Source: Nitrosomonadales bacterium (GTDB lineage Bacteria > Pseudomonadota > Gammaproteobacteria > Burkholderiales > Gallionellaceae). Taken from it: a stretch of DNA of 64,000 bases. The stretch spans positions 43,903-107,902 of the forward strand of contig JACQYW010000015.1 in NCBI GenBank assembly GCA_016208015.1, written 5' to 3'. This document shows positions 58,811 through 64,000 of the stretch, in pieces. The notes beneath the pieces are model-generated. The model made no database searches and was not told the origin of the DNA. It saw nothing but the letters and a program-made list of their open reading frames with translations. Both the position numbers and the translations under genes were made by a program. Positions within the stretch are counted from its first letter, which is position 1; each line of letters opens with the position of its first letter.

Positions 58811-59227
58811 TCACCCCTCCACGATCTCGAAGTCGTGCGTCACCTTTGCCGTCTTTCCCAGCATGATGGAAGCCGAGCAGTATTTTTCCGCCGACAGCAG
58901 GATGGCTCGCTCGACCTGTTCGCGGCGCAGGTTCTTGCCGGTGATGACGAAATGCAGGTGGATGCTGGTGAACACTTTGGGGTCGGTATTGGCGCGTTCC
59001 GACTGGACGTCCACCACGCAGTCGGAGATCAGCTGCCGGGATTTCTTCAGGATGTTCACGACGTCGTAGGCGGTGCAGGCACCCGTTCCGAGCAGCAGCA
59101 TCTCCATCGGTCGCGGCCCCAGGTTGCGACCGCCGCCCGCAGGCGGACCGTCCATCAGAACCGCGTGGCCGCTTTCGGTTTCACCGAGGAAAGAGACTTC
59201 TTCTACCCATTTGATGCGTGCTTTCAT
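58811..59227 (-). CDS. OsmC/YhfA family protein
   Basis: GPRPMEMLLLGTGACT, SAEKYCSAS. Confidence 0.9.
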   Translation of the reverse strand: MKARIKWVEEVSFLGETESGHAVLMDGPPAGGGRNLGPRPMEMLLLGTGACTAYDVVNILKKSRQLISDCVVDVQSERANTDPKVFTSIHLHFVITGKNLRREQVERAILLSAEKYCSASIMLGKTAKVTHDFEIVEG

Positions 59228-59347
59228 GAGACACCTCGAAATATAGATTCGGAAACGCGACATTCTCGGTAAAACAAGGCATTAGCGCCATCACCCGCAA
59301 GGGGTACACCTTCGTTGCGGCATTCGGCAAACAGATACGGACTGACG

Positions 59348-60100
59348 TCAGGATTTTAACTGATACCAGAGTATTCCGATCAACTCATGCAGGAATATCC
59401 TGCTGTCGCGCAAGGCCTTGGCAGTCGGGATGAAGGCGAGCAAGTCTGTCCGGTAGCGTGTGGTGTAGGCGGTCGGGGCCGGGACGATCTGGAACCCGGC
59501 TGTTTGAAAAGCCTGCACCGCCCGTGCCATGTGCGAGGCATGGGTGACCAGATAGACGCGGCTGATGCCCGCCTGCTTGAGCATCGCGCGGCTCAGGCGC
59601 GCATTCTCGAAGGTATTGGCCGATTCACCCTCGACCCATTGCACCGGCACGTTGAATTCCTGCTCCAGCACCTGTTTCATCTGCACTGCTTCGGACAGGC
59701 TGTTGCCTGCCGGGGCTCCACCGGTGACCAAAATCGGTCTGCCAGTTTCACGGTGCAACTTAGCTGCAAAGCGCAAACGTACCAGCGTTCCTTCGCTGAC
59801 CGTATCCGTGCCGCCATATTCGGGAGCATGGAAATAAGTATTACCGCCCAATACCACGATGGCATCTGCGAGCGGTTTCTTCGTATCGGTGACATAGGGA
59901 TCGCCCTCGATCTCATGCAGCAATGCCTCGGCGACGAACGGGGTGGAAAGTAACCACAGCAGCATGACGGCCGAGGTGAGCAACACGCGGGCGATGACAG
60001 GACGCTTGTGCCAGAGCCACAGGCCCAAAGCGGCAAGCAGCAGCAGGTTGAGCGGCGGCAGCAAGAACGCACCGATGAGATTGGTGAAGAACCAGGACAT
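59348..60100 (-). CDS. YdcF/DUF218 family membrane protein
   Basis: AIVVLGG, LVTGG, EGESANTFENA, LVTHASHMARA. Confidence 0.88.
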   Translation of the reverse strand: MSWFFTNLIGAFLLPPLNLLLLAALGLWLWHKRPVIARVLLTSAVMLLWLLSTPFVAEALLHEIEGDPYVTDTKKPLADAIVVLGGNTYFHAPEYGGTDTVSEGTLVRLRFAAKLHRETGRPILVTGGAPAGNSLSEAVQMKQVLEQEFNVPVQWVEGESANTFENARLSRAMLKQAGISRVYLVTHASHMARAVQAFQTAGFQIVPAPTAYTTRYRTDLLAFIPTAKALRDSRIFLHELIGILWYQLKS

Positions 60101-60160
60101 GGCTGGGATCCGGAAATCGTTGAGGAGCATTATCGCAGAAGGCGGTACTGCGGTCGGCAA

Positions 60161-60193
60161 CGTCACAATAAAATCATCTGTGCGTCATTAAAG
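60161..60193 (+). promoter_or_regulatory. Pho-box-like array upstream of the Zn-PLC gene
   Basis: CGTCAC (60161), AATCAT (60172), CGTCAT (60183): exact 11-bp period. Confidence 0.65.
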
Positions 60194-60222
60194 CTTCGCA
60201 TGCCGCGGCGACACTGCGCGGC

Positions 60223-61071
60223 ATGAAACGCGTACTCGGACATTGGCGCTGGCTGTTCCCTCTGCTGTTGTGGAGTGTCGATGCGCATGCCTGGGGTCTG
60301 TACACCCATGTCTATTTCGCCCAGTTGCTGCTGTGGGCGGTACCGCTCACCGATCCCCGTTTTCGCAAGGCGGTCATCGCTTATCCGAAGCTGGTGCTGG
60401 CCGGTGCCTGTCTGCCCGATCTGGCGCTGCTGAGCGAACGCCCCTGGGGCGAACCGTTCTCCACCACGCACCAGTGGCAGCGCGCACGCAAACTGCTGGA
60501 CGATGCGCAAAGCGATGAAGAATGCGCTTTGTCGCTCGGTTTCGTCAGCCACCTGATGGTCGACGTGATCGCACACAACCACTTCGTGCCGGCGCATGAA
60601 AAGATGTGGGGCAACGTGCCCGTGCTGACGCATGCGGCCTGCGAGTGGGCGATGGACATGCATCTGCGCGAACAGCTCTTTGCCGAGCCCGGTGACCTGA
60701 TGGTCAGCCATCGCAACGAGCTGGCGGAATACGTCGCGCAGCATTTCGCCTGTTCGCCTGCAGTGGCCAAACGCGGGGTGGGCATGCTGGCGGGGGCGGA
60801 GAACCTGTTGCGCAGCAGCCGCTTGTCGCAACTGTGCTATCACGTCGCCCGCACGCTCGATGTAAGAATGCAGCGCCGCTTCAACTACTACTTGAGCGAG
60901 ACGAGTGCGCGCCTGATGCATATCGACCGCATCCTGTCCGGCGAGGAACCGGTGTGGGATGCCAACCCGCACGCCGACGATCCGGAGATCCGCCAGCGCA
61001 TCGCGCTCATCACGCCGCAGCAGTTGCGCCATCGCATCCCGCTGCCGCAGGATGTGTTCAGCCAGGCTTGA
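60223..61071 (+). CDS. Exported zinc-dependent phospholipase C family protein
   Basis: Signal peptide ending AHA|WGLYTH (mature N-terminal W..H Zn ligands), LPD, SHLMVDVIAH, HAACE. Confidence 0.75.
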   Translation: MKRVLGHWRWLFPLLLWSVDAHAWGLYTHVYFAQLLLWAVPLTDPRFRKAVIAYPKLVLAGACLPDLALLSERPWGEPFSTTHQWQRARKLLDDAQSDEECALSLGFVSHLMVDVIAHNHFVPAHEKMWGNVPVLTHAACEWAMDMHLREQLFAEPGDLMVSHRNELAEYVAQHFACSPAVAKRGVGMLAGAENLLRSSRLSQLCYHVARTLDVRMQRRFNYYLSETSARLMHIDRILSGEEPVWDANPHADDPEIRQRIALITPQQLRHRIPLPQDVFSQA

Positions 61072-61075
61072 TCAT

Positions 61076-61102
61076 TCCCTCTTCCGCAGGCGGGAGAAGG
61101 GA
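61076..61102. repeat. Short REP-like hairpin / bidirectional terminator between convergent genes
   Basis: TCCCTCTTCCGC-AG-GCGGGAGAAGGGA. Confidence 0.55.
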
Positions 61103-61123
61103 GTGGTTGCCGTGGTGAATCTT

Positions 61124-61654
61124 TTAGAACGAGAGAGAAAGGCACGCGATCACGGCCCCCAGCGCCGCGCCAGCCAGCACATCGCTGGGGTAGTGCAGGC
61201 CGAGTATCGGGCGCGACAGCGCGACCAGGACGGCGAACGGCGCGACCAGCCAGAGCAGGGCGGGGTAGTAAGAGAAGGCCACGATGCTGAACGCGACCGC
61301 GTGCATGGTGTGGCCGGAAGGGAAGCTGAACTGGTCCAGCGTCTTGCCGACACAGACGATGGCCGGATAGACGTTGAAGGGGCGCGGACGCAGGGTCTTG
61401 CCCTTGATGAATTTGTACAGCACGGTGCCGACCAGACCGACCGCGATCATGTGCAACACGGCGGGCAGGGCCGCCGCGCCGTCTTCCAGCAACAAGACGA
61501 TCATGAGTGTGTACCAGAACACGCCGTCGCCCAGCCGGCTGGCGAGACGGAAAGAATTGCGCACCGTGAAGTTGCGGCTGCGCCGGTTGCAGAAGGCGCA
61601 GAGCTCGGCGTCCCAGCGGCTAATCTGTTGCAGCGGAAAGTTCAGGTTGGCCAT
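61124..61654 (-). CDS. PAP2-family phosphatase
   Basis: K..RPRP, FSFPSGH, SR...GLHYPSDV. Confidence 0.9.
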   Translation of the reverse strand: MANLNFPLQQISRWDAELCAFCNRRSRNFTVRNSFRLASRLGDGVFWYTLMIVLLLEDGAAALPAVLHMIAVGLVGTVLYKFIKGKTLRPRPFNVYPAIVCVGKTLDQFSFPSGHTMHAVAFSIVAFSYYPALLWLVAPFAVLVALSRPILGLHYPSDVLAGAALGAVIACLSLSF

Positions 61655-62834
61655 GTTTGACTCCCTGTGCAAGTACGGTGTCGAACAACACCGCTTCCAT
61701 CTGACCCATGATGTGTTCCCAGGTCAGCGATTCAACCGTTTCGCGCGCGGCGAGACGGATACGCTGCACGCGATCCATGTCGGTGATCAATCCCCTGGCT
61801 TGCGTGACGAAGGCATCGGTGTCGGCGAACGGTGCCAGCAGCCCGTTCACGTCGTGGCGGATATGCTGCTGTGCGGCGGCGTAGTCGTAAGCGATCGTGG
61901 CCAGGCCGCTGGCCATCGCCTCGACAGTCACGTTGCCGTAGGTCTCGGTCAGGCTGGGGTAAAGGAAGATGTCGCCGGAGGCATAGTGTTGCGCCAGCGG
62001 TTCGCCGGTCTGCATGCCGGCAAAGATCACGTGCGGATACTGTTTCTCCAGATCGGCGCGGGCGGGGCCGTCGCCCACCATCACCAGCCGTGCCAGCGGG
62101 TTGATCTTGCGCATCTGGTCGAACGCCTGGATGACCACGTGCAGGTTCTTCTCCGGCGCGATGCGGCTCACCAGCATCACCACTGGTGTCTCGTCATCCG
62201 CATTCCACGAGGCGCGCAGTTCGGCACTGCGTTTGGACGGATGGAACAGGGTGCCATCCACGCCGCGCGAGACCACCAGCACGTTCCTGTAGCCCTCGAA
62301 TTCCAGTTGCTGTTGCAGCGACACGGTGGGCACCAGCGTGCAAGCCGCCTTGTTGTGGAAGTGGCGCAGGTAGGCGGCGATGGGTTTCTTGAGCAGGCTG
62401 ATACCGTAATGCGCCGTGTAGCTGTGGAAGTTGGTGTGGAAATCGGTGCTCACCGGGATGCCCAGCTTGTGCGCGGCGGAAAGCGCGGACCAGCCCAGCG
62501 GACCTTCGGTGGCGATATGCACGATGTCTGGACGATGCTGCTTCCACAAGCGCAGCAGCAGACCTTTGGCGGGCAGTCCGGATTTCAGTTCGGGGTAGCC
62601 GGGGATGGGCATGCCGGAGACCAGCGTCTCTTCGTAGCCGTCTTCCTTGGCTGCCTCATCCAGCTTGAACTGGCGCGGCCGGATCATGTGGATGCGGTGT
62701 CCGCGCTGGCGCAAGCCGTGCACCATGCGACCGATGGTGATGGCGACGCCGTTCACCTCGGGCAGGTAGGTTTCGGTGACCAGCGCGATGTTCAGCGGCT
62801 GGCCAGTGCTGGGGGTGTGGTTTGATGTATTCAT
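61620..62834 (-). CDS. GT4 glycosyltransferase (glycosyl-diacylglycerol synthase-like)
   Basis: LVTETYLPEVNGVA, HIATEGPLG, RIAPEKN, ETYGNVTVEAMASG. Confidence 0.85.
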   Translation of the reverse strand: MNTSNHTPSTGQPLNIALVTETYLPEVNGVAITIGRMVHGLRQRGHRIHMIRPRQFKLDEAAKEDGYEETLVSGMPIPGYPELKSGLPAKGLLLRLWKQHRPDIVHIATEGPLGWSALSAAHKLGIPVSTDFHTNFHSYTAHYGISLLKKPIAAYLRHFHNKAACTLVPTVSLQQQLEFEGYRNVLVVSRGVDGTLFHPSKRSAELRASWNADDETPVVMLVSRIAPEKNLHVVIQAFDQMRKINPLARLVMVGDGPARADLEKQYPHVIFAGMQTGEPLAQHYASGDIFLYPSLTETYGNVTVEAMASGLATIAYDYAAAQQHIRHDVNGLLAPFADTDAFVTQARGLITDMDRVQRIRLAARETVESLTWEHIMGQMEAVLFDTVLAQGVKHGQPELSAATD

Positions 62835-62857
62835 GCGGCGCATCTTGTCGCGCGCGC

Positions 62858-62895
62858 ATGAAATTCTGATGAATTATTGGTGAATGTTTTATGAC
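62858..62895 (-). promoter_or_regulatory. Four-unit Pho-box array upstream of the GT4-PAP2 genes
   Basis: Minus strand GTCAT-6-TTCAC-6-TTCAT-6-TTCAT; plus-strand starts at 62858, 62869, 62880 and 62891. Confidence 0.75.
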
Positions 62896-63260
62896 GCCAG
62901 CCAGACCAGCACCCACACCACCACCACGTTGATCAGACTCACCAGCACCGCCGAACTGCCGATGTCCTTGGCGCGTTTGGCGAGGTCGTGGTTCTCCAGC
63001 GAGATGCGATCCACGGTGGCTTCGATGGCGGAGTTGAGCAGTTCGACCATGATGACCAGCAAGACGCTACCGATCATCAGTGCCTTGCCGAGATAGCCCA
63101 CCGGCAGCCACAACGCCAGCGGGATGAGGATGGCGGCGAACAGCACTTCCTGGCGGAACGCGTCTTCGTGTTTGTAGGCGGCGCGGAATCCGGCCAGCGA
63201 ATAGCCGAACGCGTTCCACAACCGAACCAGACCTGTCTTGCCTTTGTACGGACTTTCCAT
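62889..63260 (-). CDS. dgkA: Diacylglycerol kinase
   Basis: AFGYSLAG, EDAFRQE, ELLNSAIEATVD, AKDIGS. Confidence 0.95.
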   Translation of the reverse strand: MESPYKGKTGLVRLWNAFGYSLAGFRAAYKHEDAFRQEVLFAAILIPLALWLPVGYLGKALMIGSVLLVIMVELLNSAIEATVDRISLENHDLAKRAKDIGSSAVLVSLINVVVVWVLVWLAS

Positions 63261-63340
63261 GATGTCGTTCCTTGCGGTGAGCCAAAAAAGAACGCGCATC
63301 ATAATGCATGCGCGCTAATGGAGGAGAGAAGTGGAGCGTT

Positions 63341-64000
63341 TTACGACTGTGCTGTCTGGCGCATGAAGTGTTTGGCGTAGCGTGCGTTCATGCGCGACAC
63401 CGGCATCAGGATGAACAGGTCGGCGCAGTTGAAGTCGGGGTCCCAGGCCGGTTCGCCCGCGACGTAAGCGCCCAGGCGCAGGTAGCCCTTGATCAGCGGC
63501 GGGATGATGACGTCCAGTTCCCGGTTCAGCGATTCCAGCGGCAGGCGGCAATGCGGGAACACGCGGTATTCGGCCGGTGCGCCGTGCAGCTTGTGCACCT
63601 TGTTGTACACGCTGGCCGCGTAGTGGCCGCCGTCGGCCATGCTGATGCTGGCGCAGCCGATCATGTATTCGTGACCGTTCTTGCCGATGTAGTCCGCCAG
63701 CCCGCTCCACAGTTGGGTGATGGTCGCGCCGTCGCGGTAATCGGGATGCACGCAGGAACGGCCGACTTCCATCATGCGGTCGCGCAGGTGCATCAGGCGC
63801 GACAGGTCGAATTCGGTCTCGGAGTAGTAACCGCCCGCGGCACGCGCCTGACCGGGCGGCAGGATGCGGTAGGTGCCGACGACTTTGTCATTGCCGTGAT
63901 CGCGCACCAGCAGGTGGTCGCAGAAGTCGTCGAAGCGGTCGATATCAAGCCCCAGTTCGGCGCTGGGCAGCTTGGCGCCCATCTCTTCGGCGAACACCTT
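63341..64000 (-). CDS. OlsB-like N-acyltransferase (ornithine/amino-lipid synthesis), 5' end outside the window
   Basis: DIDRFDDFCDHLLV, VGTYR, EVGRSCVHPDYR, LIKGYLRLGA, DPDFNCAD. Confidence 0.8.
   Translation of the reverse strand, partial: KVFAEEMGAKLPSAELGLDIDRFDDFCDHLLVRDHGNDKVVGTYRILPPGQARAAGGYYSETEFDLSRLMHLRDRMMEVGRSCVHPDYRDGATITQLWSGLADYIGKNGHEYMIGCASISMADGGHYAASVYNKVHKLHGAPAEYRVFPHCRLPLESLNRELDVIIPPLIKGYLRLGAYVAGEPAWDPDFNCADLFILMPVSRMNARYAKHFMRQTAQS

Overview
GC-rich chromosomal segment of a Betaproteobacterium. Gene content and style resemble Gallionellaceae-type microaerophilic lithotrophs, but that is inference only. About 58 coding genes. I found no rRNA, tRNA, CRISPR array, integrase or transposase. 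Left to right: (1) an atypical cbb3-type oxidase, with CcoN, CcoO and a dihaem cytochrome c fused in one 1030-aa chain, plus a separate 75-aa peptide resembling the CcoP N-terminus; (2) three c-di-GMP enzymes, rlhA, a cation/H+ antiporter, chrB-chrA-chrF-like genes, chaA, folA-thyA, an M17 peptidase, an orphan lpdA between two MITE-like elements, proA and trpC; (3) a carboxylate-uptake region with a cNMP/CBS/DUF294 nucleotidyltransferase, a DEDDh exonuclease, DUF485-actP, an OM barrel, a TctD/E-like two-component system and a DUF4212-SSS symporter, with a shared GTAAG direct-repeat box upstream of both transporter operons; (4) the most striking block: ppsR, a LysR regulator, and an operon rnfB-[1643-aa pyruvate:ferredoxin oxidoreductase with fused C-terminal ferredoxin]-rnfC-D-G-E-A-[61-aa Cys-rich microprotein]-ppsA, which I read as a candidate Rnf-driven acetyl-CoA -> pyruvate -> PEP module; (5) tandem porins bracketed by mqsRA and a DUF4160/DUF2442 pair whose first gene has an internal TAG; (6) coq7, OsmC- and YdcF-family genes, and a lipid-remodelling cluster (exported Zn-phospholipase C, PAP2, GT4, dgkA, OlsB-like) with clear 11-bp-periodic Pho-box arrays. 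Several families of small palindromic intergenic elements occur, some nested. All assignments come from reading motifs; no database searches were run.
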